A DNA stretch of 64,000 nt. Source: Cyanophora paradoxa CCMP329 (Eukaryota > Plantae > Glaucophyta). Numbering within the stretch: the first letter of the stretch is position 1; each line of letters opens with the position of its first letter. This document shows, piece by piece, positions 35,430 through 47,000 of this stretch. The notes beneath the pieces were generated by a model that saw nothing but the letters and a program-made list of their open reading frames with translations, had not been told where the DNA came from and made no database searches. The position numbers and the translations under genes were made by a program. The stretch is from positions 1 through 64,000 of the forward strand of contig QPMI01000532.1 of the NCBI GenBank assembly GCA_004431415.1. Reading direction: 5' to 3'.

Positions 35430-36216
35430 TCACGCGTCGAAATCGTACGGGATGAGGTCCATCTTGTCGCGGTAGACGAGGTGGCAGGCATCGCCGGGCG
35501 GGCAGCGCTGCGGGACAACGGTCAGAGCTCGGCAATCAACAATGGAGCCTCGGAGCCCTAACAGCGTTCGAATCGACGTACCTCGCCGCAGATCTCGCAG
35601 CACGAGCCTGCGATGTGGGCGTGGGCGTCAGCTCGTGCAAGCGCAAGGCGACGATGCAACGAAAAGTCCGCACCAGGCTCCACGACCTGGTCGACGAGAG
35701 CGTCGCTCTGCTCCACGAAGCTGTACTCCGTCATGAGCATGTGGCACGGCTCGCCCTCCGGGCAGTGCTCCGCACACGTCTGCCGCGCGCGCGCGCTCAA
35801 GCTCAGGCGCTACTGCAGAGCAGCCGAAGATCAGAGCGGCTCACCTTGCAGACAGACACGACGACCTTGCGGTCTGCTGAGACGATAGCGACCGGTTAGT
35901 GGCCGGTGACGAAAACAGTGACGAGAGGATAGGTGACGCCGCACCCTCGCCGGCCTGTGACGTGCGATCGCTGGACGAGAATGAGGCCCCAGCCTTCTGA
36001 GGACCAGCCTCGCAGTAGATGAACCTGCAGGACGGCGGCGTTAGAGCGTGCGTTGCTCGGATCAAGTTGAGCGCACGTCCTGTTGGGCTGCGGAGCGGCC
36101 TTGGGGGCGGATTTCGGCTTGGAAGAAGAAGAAGACCTCAAGGCACCCGTGCTTGGACGGAAAGCGACCGCCGAAGGCCGCGCGAGGGCGGGAGTGGCCG
36201 CGCATACGAACGCCAT
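35430..36216 (-). CDS. Plastid-targeted small Cys-rich putative metal-binding protein
   Basis: Transit peptide MAFVCAATPALARPSAVAFRPSTGALRSSSSSKPKSAPK. Spliced mature part contains CKTCAEHCPEGEPCHML and CCEICGERCPPGDACHLV and ends MDLIPYDFDA*. Confidence 0.75.
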
Positions 36217-36394
36217 TGTGTGAAGGGACTTGGAAGCGGACGTGGTTGAAATCGGTCGAGGATGGCTCTGCAAGTGCTTCTGGGCACGGATCGCGGCGGG
36301 ACGTCGGCTGCTGATGGAAAGCAAGCAGTTTCCGCAAGCGTAGAGGGGGTACGCGGTTCGACAAGGACCCGTCAACTTGCTCAAGGCGCCGCGC

Positions 36395-37051
36395 ATGGAA
36401 GCCCTGCGCACGGGGTCCCGTAAGCTGTGGGCCAACCAGGCTGCCAGAGCCGTGCCGGCGGATGTGGCGGCCTCCGACAGCCAGGGCGCGGTCGCCGCGT
36501 ATCGCCTGGCGGATGAGCCCGGACCGAGCTTTGTCCGCGTATGGCTGCAGGTGAGCGCTTTGGACGGAAATCGCGACCGCGGCGCGCTCCTTCCATGGGA
36601 CCAATCCCTCTGACTCGCAGCGCGCGCTCCAGGGCCGCCTGCGAATGCACGAGGATGGCGCGCAGCTTGCGGTCGAGGACGACTCAGGCTGGATCAGAAT
36701 CGAGGTAGCTTTCACCTCACCTGCATGCACGTTCGCCCGGGCTGGGCCGAAAATTTGAAAACTACTACATATCGGACACAGATTGCGCCCGTGCTGGCCG
36801 CGGATACGGCCTTCAAAATGCCAGGATGCGATTCGCTCGTCAGCGTGATTGGGAAGCTGCATTCCGACCCTCAGGGCAACAAGGTCATCATTGTCAAGGT
36901 GCGACCCGCGTCCGCCGTGCGAAGTGGCATGCAGCGAAGGGCGCGGCAGTGCATGGTTTACGGGGAGGACGAGGCCGAGGACCGCATCGCGCTGTGGCCG
37001 CTGGAGCTCGAAGCCCTTCGCCGCCTCCCCCCATTACCGTTCGGCCCCTGA
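36395..37051 (+). CDS. RMI2: RecQ-mediated genome instability protein 2 (OB fold)
   Basis: Four exons: RKLWANQ...FVRVWLQG...LAVEDDSGWIRIE...LVSVIGKL...VK-CM...DRIALWPLELE, matching the RMI2 pattern (VWxQG, DxSG, VxG, WxxE). Confidence 0.75.
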
Positions 37052-37713
37052 GGGCCTCCATCGCGGGCTGAATCGAAGCGATGAAAAGCAGCGCGCTTGC
37101 AGCTGCAACGACGGCGAGAAATCAGGTGCGCGCATTAAAATATTCCTCGATTGCATCTTTCGACCGCCGCGCTCACTCTGTACTGCGCGCAGGGACTGTC
37201 TCGGCGAGCCGCGCTCACCCGCGCCTGCGCGAACAGGCCCGGCGGGCCGCTGCTGTGCGCAGCTGGGCCGGAACCAGGATCTGTGCGAGCTGCGATGGCT
37301 TGGCGGCTTTGGCGGCTCTAGCTGCAGCGCGCGGAAGCTACGTCTGGGCCCAGCTTCAAATCCAGCTTGAGCCAGCTTCGGCGGGCGGCGCCGGCGCCCG
37401 CGTGCAAGAAAGCCGTACATGCCAGCAGCGGCGCAGGCGTGCACCTCCCCCCCCGCCCCCCCCCCCCCCTCCTCCTCCCCCCCCCGCCCCCCTCCCCCCC
37501 CCACCCCCCACCCCCCTCCTCTCGCCCATCGCCCCCTCTCACCCCCTCTCACCCAGCGCGCGTGCGCCTGGACACCTCCTTCACCGGCTGGCAGCTAGAC
37601 GTCCCCTTTGAATTCACGATCAACAGAAGCGAGCAGCACTAGTGGCGCAGCGGCCATCGAAGGGGCCGGCCGGGCGCGTTACCGAGGCTGGGCTGCAGCT
37701 GGGCGGGGCCCCC

Positions 37714-37746
37714 TTAGGCCTTCAGCTCGAGCCCGTCGGGAGCGGG

Positions 37747-37781
<35 letters not shown>

Positions 37782-38719
37782 GGAGGAGGATGGCTCGGTC
37801 CTTCGAGTAGTGGTAGGCGGTCTGGTCCTCGCAGTAGCGCGCGGCCGGGTCGAAGGGGCCCCGGCACGCCTCCCGCACGGCCACGAAGAGCCGCCAGTCG
37901 CCCCTGCCCGCCGCCCGCGCCGCCAGCGCCGCCTGCAGCGCAGCCTTCGCAGCCTCCCGCGCCTCCTCCGACAGCGGGCAGGAGGGCGCGGGGGGCGGCC
38001 CGGACGGGCCCTCCGCGTCGAAGATGATCGCCGCACGGAGTGCGATCCACGGCCCGTGCGTCGCGTGCACGCACAGATACCTGCGCCGCGTGAGTCACGA
38101 GCCCGGCCGGCCGGCCGCGCCTGGAGGGTTAGAGCCTCGGGGCTTCGGGGCCCGGCCGCACATGCTCTCGTCGAAGAACGCGAGGCCGCTGACGTGCGCA
38201 AGCTGCGGGGCGGCGCGGCGCGCGGTCGCCGTCAGCACCGGCCGGGGCGGGGCGGGGCGCTTCAAGGCTTGCTGGCGGAAGCCGGGCGCGCCTTCTGCAT
38301 GTGGACGAGGCGGCCGGGGGCGACCTCGTTGGCGAGGCGGAGCTCGTGCGCGGGCCAGCCGGCGCCCTCCAGGCCCCGCTTGAGCAGCTCCGCGACGTGC
38401 TCGTCCAGCGGGTTGGCCCGCGCCGCGATCGACGGATCGCGCCGCACCGCCTCGACGAAGGGGGCCCACAGGGCGCGCGTGTTGCCGACCAGAACGCCCA
38501 GGCAGCGCTCCCGGCCGTACGTCGGCAGCCGAAGGTCCTCACGCACAGCAGCGTTGTACCTGCCACGTGCACGGCCCGGGGGTGCCGCCCGATCGGCGAG
38601 GGGCACGCGCGAGAGCGTCGAGCGCGAGGCCGCCGAGCGCACCAGCTGACGTCGAAGGGGACGATGAGGTCGAGGCCGGCGGGGCCGCAGAAAGACCGCA
38701 CGCGCTTGACGAGCTCCAT
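37714..38719 (-). CDS. MMACHC: MMACHC/CblC-like cobalamin-processing enzyme
   Basis: GLDLIVPFDVSWYN, LGVLVGNTRALW, NPLDEHV, VHMQKLAHVSGLA, LCVHATHGPWIALRAAIIFD, DWRLFVAVR and YCEDQTAYHY. Confidence 0.85.
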
Positions 38720-38960
38720 GCGCTCGCGCTCGTCCCCGCAGCTGCAGCCTGGCAGCTTGCAATTGACGGCCGGCTCCGCGGGTAACTGCCGCGCCGAATC
38801 GGCCGAACGCGTCGGAAACGCGCGTAGCGCATCTGGCGCATCGGGGGAGCGCTTTCACGAACCTTGATCCTCGCTGCTAGAGCTCCGAACGAGGGATGGC
38901 GGGGGAGAGAGCTGAGCGGGGGTATCGCGCAAGAGCGGTGTGGCGTGGTCGTCGAGTTGG

Positions 38961-41900
38961 ATGCTGCGGAGGCACGCGGTGCACGCAGTGCATGCCGCGA
39001 GACCGCCGCTGCTTCGCTGGCACGGCCGGGCGGCTGTCAGCTCCGCGGCGAAGCACGTCGGCGGGCGCGATGCGGGCCCAGCCGCGGTGCGCGCGTATGC
39101 CCGCGGGATGCATGGCGAGCGTCGGCAGCGCACGCCGACCGCGGCTGTGTGACGCTCTGCCGCGCAGGCCGTGTACGACGCCGCCGCGCTGGAGAGGCGC
39201 TTCCGGTCGTCGCGGCTAAAAGCGGTCTTCAGAGCAGCTCAGGTCGGCGTACCGCTCGGCGCATGGGTCGGTGCGTGTCACGCTCGCACGCCCCGCTCGG
39301 CGCCGCGTGCGACGGGGCGCGCGCGCGTGCGGCGCAGGTGCGTGGCTGCTGGTGCGGCTGAAGGACAGGCTGGTTGGCCTGCCGACGCCGGAGGAGCTCG
39401 AGAGGCGGCAGCACAAGTTCGCTCGGGCGCTCCGCCGCGTCATAGTGCGCCCCGCCCTCCACCCCGCCTCGCCGCCGCTGACGCGCCTCGCTCAGGTGTG
39501 GCTCGGCCCCGCGTGCGCGCTCCGGCATCGTTCCTGCTGGCCATGGCTGACCCCTGACGCCCTGACGCCCGCCCGCCCGCCCGGCCCGCCCCCGCGCAGG
39601 TTCATCAAGGTGGGGCAGGCGCTTAGCAGGTGCGAGCCGAGACTCTAAAAGCCCCATCCGACGATCCCTCCCTGCCGCGCGGCGCCTGAGCGCTGAGCGC
39701 CGAGCGCCTCTCTAAGGGCCGAGACTTATAACTAAGGGCGCCGGCGCTGTGATCCCCCCGGCGCTGCGCTGAGCGCCGAGCGCCCTTTTTAAGGGTCGGG
39801 ACTCTAAGGGCGCCAGCGCCTTGATCATCCCTCCCTGCTGCGCGCGGCGCGCTTCGCTGAGCGCTGAGAGGTGCGGTTCTGCGCGGCAGCCGTGGGGATG
39901 TACTACCCCCCGCCTACATCGAGGAGCTCTCGGCCCTGCAGGACCGCCTGCCCCCCTTCCCCGACGGCCACGCCCTCATAGAGCGGGTCAGCCCTACTAC
40001 CCCTCTACTGCGCCCTCTACCCCCCTTACTCCTCCCCCCCCTCTTCCAGGAGCTGGGGCGGCCGGTCTCGGAGCTGTTCGCGGAGCTCTCGGCGGAGCCG
40101 ATCGCGGCGGCGTCGCTGGGGCAGGTGTACCGCGGCCGCCTGAAGAGCGGCGAGCCCGTCGCCGTCAAGGTCCAGCGGTGCGCGCGAGCGAGCGGGCGGG
40201 CGGGCGGGCGGGAGGGCTGGGGCGGGGCGGGCCCGGCTCTTCGTCGCGCCTCGGCGGGGCGGGGCGCGTGCGTGCGCGTGCCTGACGGGGGGGCGGGGCA
40301 GGCCGGGGATCGAGGAGCAGATCGCGCTGGACCTCTACATCACCCGCGCCATCGCGGCCCGGGCGGCGCGCGCCCGCGCGGCCGAGGCCGCCGGGCTCGA
40401 CGGCGCCGGCATGCTCGACGAGTTCGGGGTGCGCCCCTCCCCTTCCCCTCACTCCGCTCGCTGCCTTGCGCTTTCTAAGCTTAAGATCCTGTTGAGCCTT
40501 TTGAGCTTAGGATCCCGCTATGCTCTTTGAGCTCAGGATTCTGCTAAGCTTTGTGGGCTTAGGATCCTGCTAAGCTTTTTAGGCTTAGGATCCCCCCTGC
40601 GCCCTTCAAGCTTAGGATCCACCTCGGATCCCCCCCGCCAGGCGCGCCTTTTCGAGGAGCTCTCTAAGCCTTCTAAGCTCTCTAAGCCTTCCAAGCTTTC
40701 TAAGCTTTCTAAGCGTCCTAAGCTAGCGTTCTCTAGGCTCTCTAGGCTTTCTAAGCATTCTTAGCTTTCTAAGCTTCGAATCTTGCTGAGCTCTAAAGCC
40801 CTGCGCCCCGCGCCTTTCTCGCCTAAACATCTAGCCACGGGTCTTTCCCCTAAGCTTAGCATCCTGCTGAGCTCTAAAGCCTAGTGTTCCCGCCTTGATC
40901 TTTCTAAGCTTGGGATCACGCTGAGCGCTTTCCCCCCGCCAGGCGCGCCTCTTCGAGGAGCTGGACTACGCGCGCGAGGCCGACTCCGCCGACGCCTTCT
41001 ACCGCCTCTACGCCCACTCCAACGTCCGCCCGCGTACCCCCCGCCCGCTCCTTCCCCCCTATTTCAACCTCTGAGTGGCGCTGCGCTGCGCGCAGCCGAT
41101 CGTGGTGCCTGCGATGCACCGGCGGCTCAGCACGCGGCGGGTGCTGACGATGCAGTGGGTGCGTCAGTTAGCGAGCGGGCGGGCGGCGCGAAGCCGCCGT
41201 CGATAGCAGAGCTGTCGATAGCGAAGCTACCAGTCTTCTTCCTTCGCCCGTCCTTCTTCTTCTATCGGCTATCAGCTATCAGCCCGGGCAGTCTTCCTCC
41301 TTCGACGGCCCTTCGTTCCCGCCCTGCCCCGCTAGAACCCCGCCTCTAGACGGGAAGACGGGAAGGCCGCATCCTACGCCGCCCCGCGGCGGCTCTCCCG
41401 CAGCTATCTGACTCTGCACCGCCCCGCCCCGCCCCGCGCGGCCTTCCCGTCTCGCTCTAGAGGCGAGTTCTAGGCGGGCTCGCAGCTGACTCTGCCCGCC
41501 CCACCCCCCTCCCCCCCATTTCGGTCTCAGGTGAGCGGGGTGAAGCTGACGGACGCGGGGGCGCTGCGGCGGGCCGGCCTCGACCTCCCCCGCCTCCTCG
41601 ACGTCGGCGTCCGCTGGCGCGCGCGCCCCGCAGCCCCGCCCTCCCGCCCTGCCCCGCCTATCTCTAGATGAGGGGGAGAAGCCGGGGACGAAGCGTCGAG
41701 GGCGCCCCGCCCGCCACTTTACATCACATCAAGACAACGCCTCTTAGACACCTCTTAGATAACGAGGAGGAGGAGAAGCGTTTAGAGCGCCCCGCCCGCC
41801 ACATTACATTATATGAAGACAACGCCCCACAGCCCCCTCCCGCCCCGCCCTCCCGCCTGTTAGATAGCGAGAAGAAGGAGAAGAAGCGTTAAGAGCGCCC

Positions 41901-42486
41901 CGCCCCCTCCCCCGCCCCCTCCGCCTCGGGCCCTGACCGCGCCCCGCGCCTCCTCAGCTCTCTGCAGCAGCTGCTCCAGCACGGCTTCCTCCACTGCGAC
42001 GTTCGCCCCCGGCCCCGCCTGGCCCCGCCCTCCCTTTCCTGAGCGTTGAGCAGCCGCACCCGGGGAACCTGCTCGCGACCCCCGACGGCCGCCTCGCTTA
42101 CCTGGTGCGGGCCGGCCCCTTCTAAGTCGAACCCCACCGCGCCTTTAGCTTGGCCTCTGATATCGATCCCGCTCAGGACTTCGGGATGTGCGCCTGGCCG
42201 CCCGCCCCGCCCCACCCCGCCCCGCCCCGCCCCGCGGCCGGCACCCGACGCTGTACCCCCCCCCCCGCAGGATGTCGGTGGTACCCCCCGAGCAGCGGCA
42301 CGGCCTCATCTCCGCGACCGTCCACCTCGTCAACGAGGACTACCCCGCATTCGCCAGGGTACGCCTTATAATCTTCCGCCCCGTCCCCCCCCCCCGCCCC
42401 ATCCGACGCTGTACCCCCGCAGGACTGCGTGGAGCTGGGGTTCGCCCCGGCGGGCTCCGAGGGTCCACTCGCCGAGGCCCTGGCGC

Positions 42487-42534
<48 letters not shown>

Positions 42535-43867
42535 CCTCCTCCTCCTCGTCTCTAAAAAATGAGCAGCGGGGCGCCTTTGGGCCGCGGCTGGCGCGGAGCA
42601 GCATGGAGCTCAGCTTCACGGAGATCAGCGAGCAGGTCCGCCCTGCCCGTCCCGCCCCGCCCCGGCACGCCCGCGAAAACCAGGCCTGCGCCCCGAGACG
42701 ACCGGGGGACGCCTAGCCACCGCTTCTGGAGCGGGAGCACGCCAGCTAGCGCCTAGCCTCCGCCACGCCCGGCTCCTAGCTGGGGACCTATAGCTAGCCC
42801 CCTCGCCTCCATCCTACCGCTAACGCTCGGGCAGCTGGGGCGGGTGATCTACGAGCAGCACCTGCGCGTGCCCTCCTCCTACGTCCTCATCATCCGCTCC
42901 CTCGCCACCCTCGAGGGCATCGCCCTCCGCACGTGCGCGCGCCCCTCCGACTCTTAAGCCTCTTCCCTAGGCTTTACCCTACTGTATTCCCCTGAGCGCG
43001 GGCCGGGCCGCAGGTACGCCGACTTCAAGGTCCTCTCGCGCGCGTACCCCTTCATCGTCTCCCGCCTCCTCGCCGACCCCCACCCCAAGGCGCGCTTCCA
43101 CCTACCCCCCTACCCCCTACCCCCTCTCACGTATCCCCCGCAGCTCTCGGGCCCCCTCCGGGACCTGCTATTCCACCCGGACGGCGCGCTGCGCTGGTCC
43201 CGAGTAGAGACGCTCGTCGCCGCGGCTCTCCAGCAGCCGGCGGCGCGCCCGGGGGCCCGCTCCGTCGACGACGACGCGGACTCGACGGGCGGGGCCCCCG
43301 GCGCCCGAGCCCTGGAGTTCTTCTTCTCGGAGCGCGCCGCCTTCCTCCGGCGCTACGTCGTCGAGGAGGTCGTGCAGATCGCCGACGAGCTCCTCCCGCT
43401 CCACGACCCGCCGCCCCGGGGCGCCCCCGCCGCCTCGCTGGCCGAGTGGTCCCTCCGCCTCGTCCGCCTCGCCGGCATCGTCGCCGCCTCCCCCTCGGGC
43501 CTGGTGCGCCGATCGCGACGTCCCTTAAAGCTTCAAGCATATCTACAGCTTATGTTTCTTCTTAAAGCCCCTTCCCTTCAAGCTTGTCTTCTAAGCTCAA
43601 GCCTTCTTGCCTTTCCTAGCCTATCTACAGCTTATGTTTCTTCTTAAAGCCCCTTCCCTTAAAGCTTGTCTTCTAAGCTCAAGCCTTCTTGCCTTTCCTA
43701 GCTCATCTACACCTTATCTTTCTCTCTCCCAGGTTGGGGACCGGCTTGCGGCGCTGCGGACGGTGGCGGCGCTGGCGGCGAGCGCGCGGACGTACGCCGT
43801 GGCGCTGGAGATGCTCCGCGACATCGCAGCCGGCCTCCGCGAGCGCATCCGCGCCCGCTTCCTCTAG
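38961..43867 (+). CDS. ABC1/UbiB-family atypical kinase, multi-exon
   Basis: [85 protein letters not shown] and [10 protein letters not shown]. Confidence 0.95.
41690..41905. repeat. Intronic degenerate tandem repeat (about 85-110 bp units)
   Basis: GAAGCGT..AG.GCGCCCCGCCC occurs three times; CAC.TTACAT...AAGACAACGCC occurs twice. Confidence 0.75.
42488..42531 (+). repeat. Poly-C homopolymer (about 44 nt) in an intron
   Basis: Direct observation. Similar runs occur near 3433, 37446, 61315 and 63498. Confidence 0.9.
43541..43710. repeat. Near-perfect tandem duplication of about 82 bp in the last ABC1K intron
   Basis: ATCTACAGCTTATGTTTCTTCTTAAAGCCCCTTCCCTT...CTTTCCTAGC at 43541 and 43623. 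Confidence 0.9.
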
Positions 43868-44012
43868 CTATCTATAAATAGCCCCCGGCTCGCCCCTCCA
43901 GCTAGGCTGAGGTCTTGTTCCTGAGGACAAGCAGGGCGAACAGAACGATAGATAGAGCTCATGGCAAAGGGAGGGAGGAATGAAGGGCGGGGTGGATGGA
44001 GGGGGCGTGTGG

Positions 44013-47000
44013 TCAGCCCTTCTTGGCGCCGCCGGCGGGGGGGATGAAGCGACGCATGAAAGCGGGGAGGGCGGGGGCGACGGGGGCCGGCGGCAGGGCG
44101 GGCGGGAGGGAGGAGGAGGCGGCGGCGGGGACGAGGGCGGGGGCGCGAGGTGGCGAGCCCTGGTGCAGGTGCGCCTTGCGCGGGCTCGCCTGCCGGCCCG
44201 GGCCGTGCGCGGCGGCGGCGGAGGGCGGCCGGACGGGCCGGAGCGGGGAGGGGATGGAGGAGCCGGCGGGGGCGGGGCCGAGGCTGGGGCCGGGGCCGGG
44301 GGATGCTAGGGGCGCCGGCGCGGCGGCGGCGGCGGCACGGGAGCGGCGGGCAAGGAAGACAGTCCCATCGGCGGTAAGGGCCGCCGATAGGTGGCTGTAG
44401 GCCCCCGCGGCGCCCGCCCCGGCCGAGGGTGACCCCGATTCGGCTTCGGGGGAGGCGGGCCGGGGGAGCCCAGAAGGCGAGGCCGGCCCGAAGGGGGCGA
44501 TGCGGGCCGCCGGGGAGAGGCTCTTGCGGCCCGGCTCGCTCCCCGGGGCGGAGCGCGTCTCGCGAGCGGCTGCTAGGCCCGAGCCGGCGGCCGTCGGGTG
44601 CAGCGGGGCGGAGGAGGGCGGGACGAGCGTGGCGCCCGCGGCGCGGCCCGACGGCGAGCGCGCCACGCCGGGCGGGGACGGCCTCCCGCGGAACGAGCCG
44701 CCGCGGCCCCTGCCGCGCCGGCGTGTCGGGCACGGGCAGAAAGCAGCAGACGGGTACAGGGCGAAGCGTAGGGCGCGCGCACTGGTCGGAGGCCCGTGGA
44801 GGGAAGGGGCGCCGGGGGCCATAGGGCGACGGCCGCCGGGGTCCGGCGGGAGACGCCGCCCGGGGGCGTGGAGCGCGGGGTGCCCCAGGCGGCGGCGGGG
44901 CTCCCCGGGCCGGGCAGGCCCCCCGGACCGCCCTGGACGAGCCGGGAGCGGACGCGGAAGCCGCGCCAGAGGCGCTGGATCTCTGCTCACATCAAGTCGG
45001 ATCAGATCAGGCGGAGAGCGAGCCGCGTAGGTTTCAGATGAGGGGCCGTGGCCCGGCTTATCTAGGACCAGAACGCAGGGGCGCACCGGTGGCGGCGCTG
45101 ACGTGGTCGTGTTCCGCGGCCCGCCGCCGCCGCCGCCCGCTCCCGCTCCCGCCGGGCGCCCCGCCCTTCGGCCCGACGCCGGCGAGGGCGAGGGCCCGGG
45201 CGCGCTGCGCGGCGCGGGCGGCGCGGGAGGCGGCGATGGCGGCCCGGTGCCTGCGGCGCCAGCGGTAGTGGCGGCGGATGCGCTGTAGGCAGAGGGCCGC
45301 CGCGAGGACGAGCCCGCCGTCCGCCGCACCGCCCCGGCCTCCGTCCCTGCTGCCCCGCCTCGTCAAGGAAGCAGAGAGACAGGAAGCAAGAAAGGAAGGG
45401 CCGGGAAGGACCGCGGCAGGCGGAGAGGAGTTCTCGACGGGCGCGGAGGTGCGCGAGGCGGCGGCGGGCGAGGCGGCGCCGGGCGGCCGCCTCGAGCACC
45501 GTCGCTGCGCCGGCGAGGCGCGCGAAGGCGGCGAGGAAGCGGCGGCGGAGGCGGCGGCCGCGGAAGGCGGCCGCGATTCGCGTGGCGTAGACCTGCCGCG
45601 CCTCGGCGAAGGCTCGGTACGCGCTCCGCTCCGCACGGAGGCGGACCAGCTGCGCCCGCGCCGCCCCGCGCCGCCACGCGCTCTGCCGTGCGTGAAGTGA
45701 GAGGGCGGGGCGGGGCGGGGCGAAGCGGAGCGGAGCGGAGCGTGCCTGGATCTTGGCGGCGGCCGCGCCGGCGCTCCGGCCGAAGGCGCGGGCGGCGAGG
45801 AGGGCGCGGCGGGCGCGGCGCATGCGCCAGACGGCGCCGAGGGCGGCGGCGGAGCGGAGGCGGGCCCGCCATCGCTCGGCGCGCGCCCGCCGGAGCGTCT
45901 CGCAGGCGATCCAGCGCAGGCACACGGCCCGCACCTTCTCCGCAGCCTCCCGCCGCTGCGGCCCCGCGCCAGCCCGTCGGCCCCGGCGGTCCCGCGAGGC
46001 GCAGAAGGGCGGGCGGACCTTGCGGCGGGCGGCGCGGGCGAGGGCGCGGCGGGCGGCGGCCTGGATGCGGCGGGCGGCCTCTGCGGGGGGGATGGCGGGG
46101 GCGTGGGGGGGCGACGCGAAGCCGGCGCCGGCCCCCGGGCTGCTTCCGGCCGGCGACGAGGCGAAGTTCGGAGTGCTGAAGCCCGAGGGGGTGCGCTGCC
46201 CCGCCGGCGGCGCCGGCTGCCCGGGTCCCATATGCATCCCGGGGCTCCTCGGCTGCCCGCTTCCAGGGCTCGACACGTGAAAGGCCGGGCTGTCGGTCCC
46301 CGGCCGCCGCGGGCGGCGGGCCTGGGGCCAGGAGGGGGTACCGGAGCCGTCCTCGTAGTCCGGGAGGGATACAAGGCTCCGGGCGCTGGAGCGGAGGGCG
46401 GGGGGAGCGCCGGGCGGGGGCGCCACCACGGGGCGGCGGGCCGGGCCCGTGGAGGGAGCCCGGCGCGCCCGCGCCGCTATCAGCTTCCTGAGCTTCTCCT
46501 CCAGCGGGTGTCTGCCGGCGGGCGGGCGGGCCCCTTCAGTCCCGGGCGAGGGGCGCGGAAGGGGGCCGGGGCGGGGCGGGGGGCGCCGCACGCACTCCCA
46601 CTGCGTCACTTTCGTCACCGGGTTGTAGTCTGCAGGTCCGGAGCAAAGCGAGCGTCAGGGGGGCGGCGCAGGACGGAGCGCGGGCGGGGCGTGGGGCGCG
46701 CAGTACGGGTGCGCGTCGTCGTTGTCGAACGTCTGCCACGGGGGCGGCAGCGGGAACACGGTGAAGTCTGCCCGGGCCCGGGGGCTCACGCGAGTGAGGC
46801 GCCGGGAGGGAGGGGGCGGGGACGGGGCGGCGGGGACGGGGCGGGCGCGCACCGAATGCGCCTGGAGGTGGCTTCAGTTTGCCGTCGCGGATGCGCTGGA
46901 TCAGGGACTTGTAGTGCTTGTCGATCGGGTTCTCCCACGAGGACCCGTCCGTCTGCGGCCCGCGCGTGAGCGGGCGAGCGCGGCGCGTCGCTTGGAGCGG

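Noticed and set aside
40475-40915. TTAGGATCC and CTAAGC repeats that could suggest a CRISPR array or telomeric repeat
   Set aside because: Degenerate intronic minisatellite with no constant repeat and unique spacers, no cas genes and no clean telomeric array.
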